A stretch of 40,000 nt of DNA from Candidatus Peregrinibacteria bacterium (GTDB taxonomy: Bacteria > Patescibacteriota > Gracilibacteria > UM-FILTER-43-11), in the NCBI GenBank assembly GCA_016932505.1, contig JAFGCT010000007.1, forward strand, positions 8,625-48,624, read 5' to 3'. The first letter of the stretch is position 1. Every line of letters begins with the position of its first letter. Shown here piece after piece: positions 1-8,449 of the stretch. Under the pieces are notes generated by a model, which saw only the letters and a list, made by a program, of their open reading frames with translations, did not search any database and was not told where the DNA came from. Made by a program: the position numbers and the translations under genes.

Positions 1-1
1 T

Positions 2-325
2 AAATCCAAATCACACATTAAACCTGTTGCGGTTATAGATGCTCACGGAAGCAGTAAAAAAATGATTAACGGTATTCCCGTTGTAGGAAAAATGAATTTA
101 TTTGAAAAAACAATTGCGGATCACGATATTGATATTATTTTACAAGTTGATAACCTAGAACAGAGCTTGAATATTATCAATTACGCTCTAGCTAACAATA
201 TTAAATACTTCATGCCACCGGAACTCTTAGGAATTTTTCAAGGTAATCAGATGCTGGAAGAAGTAGAAGGAATGCCTTTTTTGAAAGTTAATAGAGATAA
301 AAAATGGTGGCATTCCATATGGTAA
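2..325 (+). CDS. 3' end of a gene entering from the left edge. It resembles the pre-catalytic (Rossmann/CoA-binding-like) region of polyprenyl glycosylphosphotransferases (WbaP/WcaJ type), but no sugar-transferase domain follows.
   Basis: Frame 2 is open from base 2 (KSKSHIKPVAVIDAHGSSKKMINGIPVVG...HDIDIILQV...GMPFLKV), with stop TAA at 323-325. The family resemblance is by eye only. Confidence 0.4.
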   Translation, partial: KSKSHIKPVAVIDAHGSSKKMINGIPVVGKMNLFEKTIADHDIDIILQVDNLEQSLNIINYALANNIKYFMPPELLGIFQGNQMLEEVEGMPFLKVNRDKKWWHSIW

Positions 326-393
326 TTCCACTTGGTGATCCCATTGGTGAGCCACTCGGGGAGCCTATTGAAATTTAAATCGATTTCGTCTCT

Positions 394-429
394 CATTTGC
401 TCACCCATTTGCTCACCCATTTGCTCACC
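394..429. repeat. Perfect tandem repeat catttgctcacc x3
   Basis: Read directly from the sequence. It ends 10 nt before the ATG at 440 and is translated as ICSPICSPICSP in the over-extended ORF 332..1387. Confidence 0.95.
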
Positions 430-439
430 AATCCAAAAT

Positions 440-1387
440 ATGAAATGCATCATTCTCGCAGGCGGATTCGCAACTCGATTGTGGCCACTAACTGAAAACA
501 AAGCAAAGCCTCTACTTCATCTAAAGGACAAACCACTTATTTCTCATATTGTGGAAAAACTTCCAGATGAAGTTGAAATTATAGTATCCACAAACGCAGC
601 TTTTGAGGAAGAATTCAAGGAATGGGCAAAGGGATACCATGACAAAAAACTAGAGATATTTGTAGAAGATTCCGCATCTGATGAATTCAAAAAAGGAGCA
701 CTAGGTGCAACAGCATTTGTTATTGGTGAAAAGAAAATAGATGAAGATCTAATGTTACTTGCCGGTGATAACTATTTTGGGTTTGATATGTCAGATTTTT
801 TTGATAAATATGATGAAAATCCAATGCTCGCAGCTTATGATATTAAGGATTTGAATCAGGCAAAAAAATTCGGAGTAGTTGTTCAGCGAGAAGGCCATGT
901 TTATGAATTTCAGGAAAAACCGGAAAACCCAAAAAGCACATTAGTTAGCACTGGATGTTATGTTTTCCCCAAGAGGAATTTAAAAGATATAGTCGATTAC
1001 GCTAAACAACATAATGATGACTTAGGTGGTATTTTTGAATATTTACTGAAAAAAGGTGAACCGATTAAGGTGTTTAGATTTGATGAAAAATGGATAGATA
1101 TTGGCTCATTCGACGCATATTTAAAGGCGAACCGTGAGCTTATTGGCGATAATGTAATAAAGAAAAGTGAAGTAAATGAGCAAGGAGAAAATAAATACAT
1201 AGGTAGTGTGTATCTTGGTGAGGGTGTATCGATAAAAAACTCTATTATAGATAACACTATTGTGTTAAACGGATGCGACATAGACAACTGTGTAATAAGA
1301 AACTGTGTAATAGACGATAACTGCACGCTAAAAAACCTTGATTTAGAGCGTAAGATGATTCGGCAAGGTAGCAAGATTACAAAATAA
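440..1387 (+). CDS. Sugar-1-phosphate nucleotidylyltransferase (NTP_transferase fold with a C-terminal left-handed beta-helix)
   Basis: MKCIILAGGFATRLWPLT matches the GGxGTRLxPLT signature. The C-terminus has hexapeptide-like repeats (NSIIDNTIVLNGCDIDNCVIRNCVIDDNC). The start was moved to the internal ATG at 440, downstream of the tandem repeat. Confidence 0.85.
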   Translation: MKCIILAGGFATRLWPLTENKAKPLLHLKDKPLISHIVEKLPDEVEIIVSTNAAFEEEFKEWAKGYHDKKLEIFVEDSASDEFKKGALGATAFVIGEKKIDEDLMLLAGDNYFGFDMSDFFDKYDENPMLAAYDIKDLNQAKKFGVVVQREGHVYEFQEKPENPKSTLVSTGCYVFPKRNLKDIVDYAKQHNDDLGGIFEYLLKKGEPIKVFRFDEKWIDIGSFDAYLKANRELIGDNVIKKSEVNEQGENKYIGSVYLGEGVSIKNSIIDNTIVLNGCDIDNCVIRNCVIDDNCTLKNLDLERKMIRQGSKITK

Positions 1388-1410
1388 TAATACAACTTAA
1401 CATTTATCAA

Positions 1411-1782
1411 TTAATATTTATCATTTTCGATATTTGCCGTACACGTTGCAACAACTTTACCAAAAATTCTCATCAATTCATCTGACTCCTTAAAAAGATC
1501 CGCTAAGTTATTAATATCAAGATTATAATTTGCATGCATAATAAGCTCTAGCCAATATTTTGTCTCTTTGGCCTCTTTTAATACAATATTGATTTTATGC
1601 TTAAAATCTTTTTTTGACTCAGCAGCATTAGCTTCTCTATAATTTGCACCAATACTTGTTCCAGAGCCAATAGCCTGACCAGATAACTTATAATTTATCT
1701 GATTTCTCGGTAAAAGTTTTATTATAGATATTAAATTTTTACTGAACTTCAAAGTTCTTTCTTCTAATTCAATTTTATTCAT
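1411..1782 (-). CDS. Four-helix-bundle protein (23S rRNA intervening-sequence protein family)
   Basis: EERTLKFSKNLI...GTSIGANYREANAAESKKDFKHKINIVLKEAKETKYWLELI is the typical family signature. The ATG at 1780-1782 is preferred over the upstream TTG. Confidence 0.85.
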   Translation of the reverse strand: MNKIELEERTLKFSKNLISIIKLLPRNQINYKLSGQAIGSGTSIGANYREANAAESKKDFKHKINIVLKEAKETKYWLELIMHANYNLDINNLADLFKESDELMRIFGKVVATCTANIENDKY

Positions 1783-1861
1783 TTTTATATACAATTATCA
1801 ATTAAATACAAAATCAAGAAGTCATAATATCAATAGTTAACACATTTTGTAAATATTTAGT

Positions 1862-1924
1862 GATAAATGATAAATGTTAAATGTTAAATGATAATTGTTA
1901 AATGATAATTGTTAAATGATAAAT
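1862..1924. repeat. Run of 7-mer words g(a/t)taaat and gataattgttaaat
   Basis: gataaat gataaat gttaaat gttaaat gataattgttaaat gataattgttaaat gataaat, read directly. Lies in the divergent spacer between the four-helix-bundle gene and secD. Confidence 0.9.
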
Positions 1925-1987
1925 AAAAGATTCATTGCTTTTTAGCGCCTTTTCGTCTAAAATATCAAAGCTTGAATTATTTAAAAA

Positions 1988-2029
1988 CATAATAATTAAT
2001 TCGTAAATCATAATTATTAATTCGTAATT
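1988..2029. repeat. Two tandem copies of a 21-bp unit (cataataattaattcgtaaat / cataattattaattcgtaatt)
   Basis: Read directly. Ends 10 nt upstream of the secD ATG. Confidence 0.9.
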
Positions 2030-2039
2030 TAAAAAGGAC

Positions 2040-4094
2040 ATGAAAAGATTTTCAAAAAGCTTAATTGCAATCATTATCGCCACTATATTAATGGCAATTA
2101 TTTCTCTGCCGGATTCAGTTAAGTCAAAATTACCTGGTGACCCAGTTTCCGAATGGATAAAAGAGCAAAAGGTTACCCTTGGTCTTGATCTTCAGGGTGG
2201 TACTCAACTTGATTACAGAATTGACTTAAAAAGCGCAATTGCAAGAAATGAAGATGGTGACGATTCGAATGATGTACGTATTCAGGATGTTATAGAAGGA
2301 GTACGAACTACTATTGAACGTCGTGTTAATGGTCTTGGTGTATCAGAACCACAGATTTATCTTTCTAATGTTGCAGGTGAAGAACATATTATTGTGGAAT
2401 TAGCGGGTATTAAGGATATAAACGAAGCAAAAGCAGTTGTAGGTAAAACTATTCAGTTAGAATTTAAAGAAATGAAAACTGAACAAGATGCTGAAGATAT
2501 TACTGCTATTCAAACTAATGCAGATGAAATTCTTAAGAAGGCTTTAAAACCAGATGCTGATTTTATAAAAGTTGGTGAAAATGCAGTAACTAGCGATGGA
2601 AAAATTACCTTTGAACAGAATATTGAAAAATTTGAAAGCGAGCTTCCTGCACAATACAAAGGTTTATTCCCTAATATGACTGCCGGAGAAGTTTACAATA
2701 AAACAGTTCAGGGAAGCGGAGAATATATGATAGACGCAGGAGGGCAAGTAGCTGAAAAAAAGACAATTAAAATCGTTCAGTTTGTAAGTTCTGCAGAAAA
2801 AGAAAAGACTGAAACCACTGATGAACAAGTTCAAGCCAGTCACATTTTAATAAAATTCGCAGATGTAGACCCTGAAACTACTAGAACTAAGGAAGAAGCT
2901 CTTGCTCTAGCTACTGAAGTAATGGAAAAAGCAAAGGCAGCACCTGATAAATTCGCTGACCTTGCAATAGAATATTCAGAAGGTCCTACTGGGCCTAAAG
3001 GTGGAGACCTTGGTTTATTCGGACGTGGGCAAATGGTTGCAGCATTCGAAGATGCAGCATTTGGAATGGAAGTCGGACAAATATCTGACGTTGTAGAAAG
3101 TGAATTCGGATATCATATTATTATGCTAACCGATAGAGTTGAAGCTTCTGAAACTACAAAAATGGAAAAAAGTTATACCTATAACGAAATTTCATTAGAT
3201 GCTACACCTGACCCATGGAAACCAACTGGATTAGATGGCTCACACTTTAAATACGCAACTGTTACTTATACTCAAATAGGAACTCCACAAGTAAACATTC
3301 AATTTGATAGTGATGGTGGTGATTTATTTGAGCAAATAACAGAAAGGCTTACTGGCCAAAGACTAGCTATTTTCGTAGGTGGTGAACTTATCTCTGCCCC
3401 TAATGTAAATGAAAAGATTTCTGGAGGAAGTGCTGTTATTACTGGTGATTACACATTACAGGAAGCACTTCAGCTTGCTAACGACCTTAATACAGGTGCA
3501 ATCGATGCCCCTATCATTCTTAGTGGTCAGTACACAATAAGTGCTACACTTGGAGATAACGCACTTAGAGTCTCTCTTTTTGCAGGTATTGTAGGTCTTA
3601 TCGTTCTGATTCTATTTATGATTCTTTATTACAGATTACTTGGAATATTCGCAGTTCTTGCACTTATTGTTTACTCCATTATTTTTATCTTCATTCTTAA
3701 AACAATGCCAATTGTAATGACCTTAGCAGGTATAGCAGGTATTATTCTTTCTATAGGAATGGCGGTAGATGCGAATATACTGATATTTGAACGTACAAAA
3801 GAAGAACTTAATGAAGGAAAGAATTTCACAGCATCTATTCAAACAGGTTTTGAACGCGCATGGACTTCTATAAGAGACTCAAATATTTCATCTCTTATTA
3901 CTTGTGTGATTTTATGGTCATTCGGTAATTCTATTATCAAAGGATTCGCTCTTATGCTTGGTCTTGGTATTGCAGTTTCAATGTTTACAGCTATTACAGT
4001 TACACGCCAATTTATTCAAACTCTAACAGGAACTAAATTATCAAAGAATACATTCTTACTTGGAACAAAAGAGGTTAAGATTATTAATAAATAA
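2040..4094 (+). CDS. secD: Protein translocase subunit SecD carrying an inserted PrsA/PpiD-like region with a parvulin (PpiC) PPIase domain
   Basis: N-terminal TM helix then LGLDLQGGTQL. P1-domain motifs LAIFVGGELISAPNV...ISGGSAVITG. C-terminal TM bundle with GMAVDANILIFER. The parvulin signature (ASHILIKF...GGDLGLFGRGQMVAAFEDAAF...SEFGYHIIML) is embedded at aa 263-366. Confidence 0.9.
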   Translation: MKRFSKSLIAIIIATILMAIISLPDSVKSKLPGDPVSEWIKEQKVTLGLDLQGGTQLDYRIDLKSAIARNEDGDDSNDVRIQDVIEGVRTTIERRVNGLGVSEPQIYLSNVAGEEHIIVELAGIKDINEAKAVVGKTIQLEFKEMKTEQDAEDITAIQTNADEILKKALKPDADFIKVGENAVTSDGKITFEQNIEKFESELPAQYKGLFPNMTAGEVYNKTVQGSGEYMIDAGGQVAEKKTIKIVQFVSSAEKEKTETTDEQVQASHILIKFADVDPETTRTKEEALALATEVMEKAKAAPDKFADLAIEYSEGPTGPKGGDLGLFGRGQMVAAFEDAAFGMEVGQISDVVESEFGYHIIMLTDRVEASETTKMEKSYTYNEISLDATPDPWKPTGLDGSHFKYATVTYTQIGTPQVNIQFDSDGGDLFEQITERLTGQRLAIFVGGELISAPNVNEKISGGSAVITGDYTLQEALQLANDLNTGAIDAPIILSGQYTISATLGDNALRVSLFAGIVGLIVLILFMILYYRLLGIFAVLALIVYSIIFIFILKTMPIVMTLAGIAGIILSIGMAVDANILIFERTKEELNEGKNFTASIQTGFERAWTSIRDSNISSLITCVILWSFGNSIIKGFALMLGLGIAVSMFTAITVTRQFIQTLTGTKLSKNTFLLGTKEVKIINK

Positions 4095-4157
4095 AACTGA
4101 TTGTGGTCCAAATCGTAGACCCACTTCACGTTAACCATGTTCTAACTTCCACAACTT

Positions 4158-4190
4158 GGTCCACAACCCGGTCCACAACCCGGTCCACAA
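4158..4190. repeat. Tandem repeat ggtccacaaccc x2.75
   Basis: Read directly. Ends 7 nt before the rnhA ATG and is translated as VHNPVHNPVHN in the over-extended ORF 4156..4719. Confidence 0.95.
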
Positions 4191-4197
4191 TAGGAAT

Positions 4198-4719
4198 ATG
4201 AAAATAAGTGACAAGCACATCAAAGCAATCGAAGAACTCATTCCAAAAAAAGACCAGCAAAAGTTTGTTGATAATGCTATAGAAAAAGAACTGAAAAAAT
4301 ATAAGATTGAAAATTCAGAGATATTTGAAGTATATTGTGACGGAGGTTCAAGAGGAAACCCAGGTGCTGCAGGAGGCGGTTTTGGCTTATATAGAGGTGG
4401 AAAGTTAGTTCTAAAAGGTTCTGAGTTTTTTGGAGAAAGAACAAACAACCAAGCTGAATATTTATCTCTTAGATTAGCTCTTAGAGAAACCTACAGTAAG
4501 TTTGGAGATGTAAAACTGCACTGCTTTATGGATAGTGAATTTGTTGTTAAACAGATGAAAGGAGAATACAAAGTTAAAAATGCTAACATCAAACCGCTAT
4601 ACGATGAAGTCCGCCAAATAACAGAACAGTTCAGTAGTTTTAAAATCAGCCACGTCCGCCGAGAACAAAACCAATTAGCAGATATGATGGCCAATGAAGC
4701 AATGGACCGCCGAGCTTAA
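4198..4719 (+). CDS. rnhA: Ribonuclease HI (type 1 RNase H) with an N-terminal extension of about 40 aa
   Basis: The DEDD catalytic context is visible: VYCDGGSRGNPG, NNQAEYLSL, MDSEFVVKQ, NQLADMMAN. The ATG at 4198 is preceded by aggaa. Confidence 0.85.
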   Translation: MKISDKHIKAIEELIPKKDQQKFVDNAIEKELKKYKIENSEIFEVYCDGGSRGNPGAAGGGFGLYRGGKLVLKGSEFFGERTNNQAEYLSLRLALRETYSKFGDVKLHCFMDSEFVVKQMKGEYKVKNANIKPLYDEVRQITEQFSSFKISHVRREQNQLADMMANEAMDRRA

Positions 4720-4853
4720 GATTAATCTATAATAAGCGACCAACGAGCTTTTGAGCGGAGCTGAAAAAAGACCCCGAGGGGACATGTGCCCTGAGGGAAG
4801 CTTTTGACGCTAAGCGAAAAAGTAAGGTAGGGAGAACAAATATTTTGGAAGTA

Positions 4854-4878
4854 CTGAAACCTTTTTTAAAGGTTTCAG
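4854..4878. terminator. Bidirectional hairpin between the convergent rnhA and trxA genes
   Basis: ctgaaaccttt-ttt-aaaggtttcag, an 11-bp perfect stem rich in A/T runs on both sides. Confidence 0.6.
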
Positions 4879-4881
4879 AGC

Positions 4882-5205
4882 CTAGGAATTTTTCTCAATC
4901 ACTTCCATCAATTGTTCTTTTTGATGAACTCCGACCATCTCTTCAACAACTTCACCATTCTTAAAGACCTTAAGTGCAGGAATGCTCATAATCCCGTATT
5001 TTCCAGCTAGCTCATTATTATCATCAACATTAACTTTGCAAATTTTAGCCTTATCTCCAACTTCTCCAGCTAATTCATCAAGTATTGGCCCCTGCATCTG
5101 ACACGGCCCACACCATGGCGCCCAAAAGTCTACAATTACTGGTATATCCTTTACGTCGAGAACGTCATCTTTAAATGTTTCTCCACCTGTTTCAATTACT
5201 GCCAT
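4882..5205 (-). CDS. trxA: Thioredoxin
   Basis: WAPWCGPC active site, 107 aa, typical thioredoxin length and layout. Confidence 0.95.
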   Translation of the reverse strand: MAVIETGGETFKDDVLDVKDIPVIVDFWAPWCGPCQMQGPILDELAGEVGDKAKICKVNVDDNNELAGKYGIMSIPALKVFKNGEVVEEMVGVHQKEQLMEVIEKNS

Positions 5206-5270
5206 AATATTTTTTGTTATTATATAATTTGTAAATCAATACTACCAAATCATAACGCTGTTTGCAATAA

Positions 5271-5380
5271 TTGTCTGAACTGTAATTAACGATTCACGTT
5301 GTATGATTTAGAATTAACGATTATAAATATACATTTATCCGTTAAACATACAACGTTAATCATAAATCGTTAATCGCAAT
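5271..5380. repeat. Imperfect palindromic spacer starting with the ttgtctgaactgtaatt family terminus and built from taacgatt/aatcgtta words
   Basis: aattaacgattcacgttgtatg at about 5284-5305 pairs with catacaacgttaatcataaatcgttaat at about 5347-5374. The left end is 16/17 identical to the TTGTCTGAACTGTGATT motif seen elsewhere. Confidence 0.75.
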
Positions 5381-5393
5381 AATACATACAAAA

Positions 5394-5432
5394 AACCCGA
5401 CCCTCATCCGTTAGGACAGGAGGCCGGGTTTT
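5394..5432 (-). terminator. Rho-independent terminator of hup
   Basis: The minus strand reads aacccggcctcctgtcctaacggatgagggtcgggtt followed by a T-run. Confidence 0.7.
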
Positions 5433-5450
5433 AGTTATTAGCTAAGCTAA

Positions 5451-5726
5451 TTATCTAACTGCATCTTTAAGAGATTTTCCAGCTTTGAAAGCAGGAACGT
5501 TCATTGCAGGGATTTTAATCTTCTGAGATGGGTTTCTTGGGTTAACACCAGTTCTTGCAGCACGTTTGCTAACACGGAAAGTTCCGAAACCAGTAACAGT
5601 TACATTTTCACCTTTTTTAAGGCTTTTAGTGATAGATGCTAGAATAGCTTCTAGAGCTTCACCAGCTACTTTTTTGCTAACTCCAACAGAAGAAGCAACA
5701 GCAGCAACTAAATCTTGTTTAGTCAT
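5451..5726 (-). CDS. hup: DNA-binding protein HU
   Basis: MTKQDLVAAVA...GFGTFRVSKRAARTGVNPRNPSQKIKIPAMNVPAFKAGKSLKDAV, 91 aa. The start was moved to the internal ATG; the 39 codons upstream are AT-rich read-through. Confidence 0.95.
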   Translation of the reverse strand: MTKQDLVAAVASSVGVSKKVAGEALEAILASITKSLKKGENVTVTGFGTFRVSKRAARTGVNPRNPSQKIKIPAMNVPAFKAGKSLKDAVR

Positions 5727-5760
5727 AATAGTTATAATTAAGAAATAATAAACTACGCGA

Positions 5761-5789
5761 AGTATAAGGGGGTTTATAGGGGTAAGCAA
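5761..5789 (-). promoter_or_regulatory. Candidate sigma70-type promoter of hup
   Basis: The minus strand has TTGCTT, a 17-nt spacer, then TATACT, about 35 nt upstream of the hup ATG. Confidence 0.45.
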
Positions 5790-6088
5790 GAGAATTTGCC
5801 TTACATTAGCGAAAAAAGTCAGTTGTAAACAATTTTTATTCAAAATTAAGGGCTTATTTAAGCCATTTTATCGCCATTTGACCAAAAATTTTTTTTGATG
5901 TGTAAAATACTTCCTTTTTGGCTTATTATAGCTGAAAACTTGACATTTACCCATTGAGATTATACTTCAAAAAGTCAAGTATTTTTTTATTTTTTCATAT
6001 ACCTATATATAGGGAATTTTTATTTTTTAATTTTTAATTTCTAAAAAGTATTGTATCTTTGTTTCGTTAATCAATTAAAAAATAAAAC

Positions 6089-8320
6089 ATGAATCACGTA
6101 ATAATAGTAGAATCGCCTGCCAAAGCACGCACAATAAAAAAATTCCTTGGAGCTAAATATAATGTAAAAGCATCAATGGGTCACATCCGGGATCTTCCTA
6201 AAAAGGAATTATCGATAGATGTTGATAATGACTTTGAACCTAAATACGAAATAAGTCCTGATAAATTAAAAATTGTAAAAGAACTAAAAGACCTTATAAA
6301 TAAATATCCGGATACAATGGTATGGCTCGCACCCGATGAGGATCGCGAAGGAGAAAGTATTGCGTGGCATTTAGTTTATGCTCTTGGAATTAAGAAAGGT
6401 CATTTTAAAAGAATAGCTTTTCACGAGGTTACAAAAAATGCAATTTTGGAAGCCCTTGATAACCCAAGAGCTATTGATATTAACAGAGTACATGCACAAC
6501 AAGCTCGTAGAGTTTTGGATAGACTTGTAGGTTATAAGCTATCCCCTCTTCTTTGGACAAAAATACGTGCAGGGCTTAGTGCCGGTCGTGTTCAGAGTGT
6601 TGCTGTTAGATTGATTGTTGATAAAGAAAGAGAAATTGAAGCATTTATAAGTGAAGAATACTGGAATATTGACTGTGATTTGAAAGTTAAAAAAGGTGAA
6701 TTCAAAGCTGAGCTTAGTTCAATCAAAGGTAAAAAAGCAGAAGTAAAGAATAAAAAACAAGCGGACAAAATTGTTCAGGATTTAGATAAAGCTGATTATC
6801 AAATTGAGAAAATAGAAAAAAAAGGTTCAAAAAGACAACCATCAGCACCTTTTATAACTAGTACACTTCAGCAGGAAGCTTCACGCAAACTTGGGTTTTC
6901 AGTTAAACAAACAATGGTAGTTGCTCAGCAATTATATGAAGGTGTGGAACACGGAAAAGAGCATAGTGGTCTTATAACCTATATGCGTACCGATTCATAT
7001 AATCTTTCATTAGAATTCTTAAAGAAGGTTCCAAAAGTAATTGAAAATTTATACGGAAAGGAATATACCCTGGCAAAACCAAGAGTATTCACTAAAAAGG
7101 CAAAAGGCGCTCAGGAGGCTCATGAAGCAATAAGAATTACTCACCCAGAAAAAACTCCTAAAGATTTAAAAGCCCATTTAGATCCACAGCAATACAAACT
7201 ATATAAACTTATATGGGAAAGGACAATCGCCTGTCAGATGCCGGATGCAGAACTTGATGTTACAACTGTTACAGTACAAGCTGGGAAAGACTACACACTA
7301 AAAGCGAAAGGACAGGTTATTAGAAAAGCCGGTTTTATGAAGGTATATGTAGAAGGTACTGATAACCCAGAAGATGCTCTTTCTGATAAAGATAAACTTT
7401 TACCAGATATGGCAGAGGGTGAAAAATGCGACCTTATTAAAATAAACCCAGAGCAAAAGTTTACTCAGCCTCCACATAGATACACAGAAGCTAGTCTTGT
7501 TAAAAAACTCGAAGCCGAAGGTATTGGAAGACCATCTACTTACGCTCCGACAATATCTACCATTATCACTCGTGGGTATATTGAGAAAAAAGAGGATAAA
7601 AAACTATATCCAATGGAAATTGGAATGATAGTGAATGACTTTTTAGTAAAATACTTCCCGGATATTGTAGATTATCAATTTACTGCAACAATGGAAAAGA
7701 GTCTTGATGATATTGCAGAGGGTGAACTTAAATGGCAATCAGTAATTAAAGATTTCTATACTCCATTTATTAAAAATGTTGAAGAAAAGAAAAAGAGCGT
7801 AAAGAAAGAAGACTTAATTCACGAAAAAACCGATGAAAAATGTGATTTATGTGGAGCTCCTATGGTTGTAAAACTTGGACGCAACGGAAAATTCCTAAGC
7901 TGTTCAAAGTATCCTGACTGTAAAAATGCAAAACCAATGAAAGAAGACAGAGAAAGAGAAGAAGAAATTGCAAAAGAATACAAAGATGAAAAGTGTGATA
8001 AATGTGGCGGAAAAATGATTTTAAAAAATGGTAGATTTGGTGAGTTCCTTGCCTGCGAAAATTATCCAAAATGCAAAAGTACAAAAGCACTTAGCCATTC
8101 ATTAAATGTTAAATGTCCTGAATGCGGAGGGGAAATAGTTGAAAAAAGAACCAAACGCGGAAAGGTTTTCTACGGATGTGGTGAATATCCAAAATGCAAA
8201 TTCGCTACTTGGAAGAAACCAATTGAAAAGCCTTGTCCTGTTTGTGGAGGTCTGCAAGTAGAACAGAAAAAGGATTTAATTAAATGTGAAAAATGTGGAA
8301 AAGAGACGGAGAGTGAATAA
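6089..8320 (+). CDS. topA: DNA topoisomerase I with four C-terminal C4 zinc ribbons
   Basis: Toprim N-terminus (IIVESPAKARTIKKFLG, DEDREGE), the active-site region GLITYMRTDS, and repeated CxxC...CxxxxxC ribbons at the C-terminus. Confidence 0.97.
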   Translation: MNHVIIVESPAKARTIKKFLGAKYNVKASMGHIRDLPKKELSIDVDNDFEPKYEISPDKLKIVKELKDLINKYPDTMVWLAPDEDREGESIAWHLVYALGIKKGHFKRIAFHEVTKNAILEALDNPRAIDINRVHAQQARRVLDRLVGYKLSPLLWTKIRAGLSAGRVQSVAVRLIVDKEREIEAFISEEYWNIDCDLKVKKGEFKAELSSIKGKKAEVKNKKQADKIVQDLDKADYQIEKIEKKGSKRQPSAPFITSTLQQEASRKLGFSVKQTMVVAQQLYEGVEHGKEHSGLITYMRTDSYNLSLEFLKKVPKVIENLYGKEYTLAKPRVFTKKAKGAQEAHEAIRITHPEKTPKDLKAHLDPQQYKLYKLIWERTIACQMPDAELDVTTVTVQAGKDYTLKAKGQVIRKAGFMKVYVEGTDNPEDALSDKDKLLPDMAEGEKCDLIKINPEQKFTQPPHRYTEASLVKKLEAEGIGRPSTYAPTISTIITRGYIEKKEDKKLYPMEIGMIVNDFLVKYFPDIVDYQFTATMEKSLDDIAEGELKWQSVIKDFYTPFIKNVEEKKKSVKKEDLIHEKTDEKCDLCGAPMVVKLGRNGKFLSCSKYPDCKNAKPMKEDREREEEIAKEYKDEKCDKCGGKMILKNGRFGEFLACENYPKCKSTKALSHSLNVKCPECGGEIVEKRTKRGKVFYGCGEYPKCKFATWKKPIEKPCPVCGGLQVEQKKDLIKCEKCGKETESE

Positions 8321-8340
8321 AACGTAATAATTAATCAACT

Positions 8341-8368
8341 GTAGAGACGCGATTAATCGCGTCTCTAC
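8341..8368 (+). terminator. topA terminator, a perfect 28-nt palindrome
   Basis: gtagagacgcgattaatcgcgtctctac followed by ttttat. Confidence 0.8.
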
Positions 8369-8449
8369 TTTTATATATAATTAATTATTTCCACTTTTCA
8401 CATTTCTTCTACGGTATGATAAAATTACCTCACAATTAATCATACAAAG

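Noticed and set aside
332-439. N-terminal extensions of track ORFs (332-439, 4156-4197, 5727-5843, 12206-12286, 12597-12665, 22103-22153, 35991-36236, 38146-38190)
   Set aside because: The extensions run through tandem or palindromic spacer repeats, often start at TTG, and lack similarity to the family. Internal ATGs with Shine-Dalgarno-like sequences match the conserved protein N-termini.
394-4190. Possible CRISPR arrays at the short tandem repeats
   Set aside because: The units are 7-24 bp and directly abutting, with no unique spacers, at most 4 copies and no cas genes. They are simple tandem repeats.
5940-5966. topA promoter TTGACA...TATACT
   Set aside because: The -35 hexamer is perfect, but the spacer to the best -10 hexamer is only 15 nt and the site lies about 125 nt upstream of the ATG. 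This is too uncertain to list as a feature.
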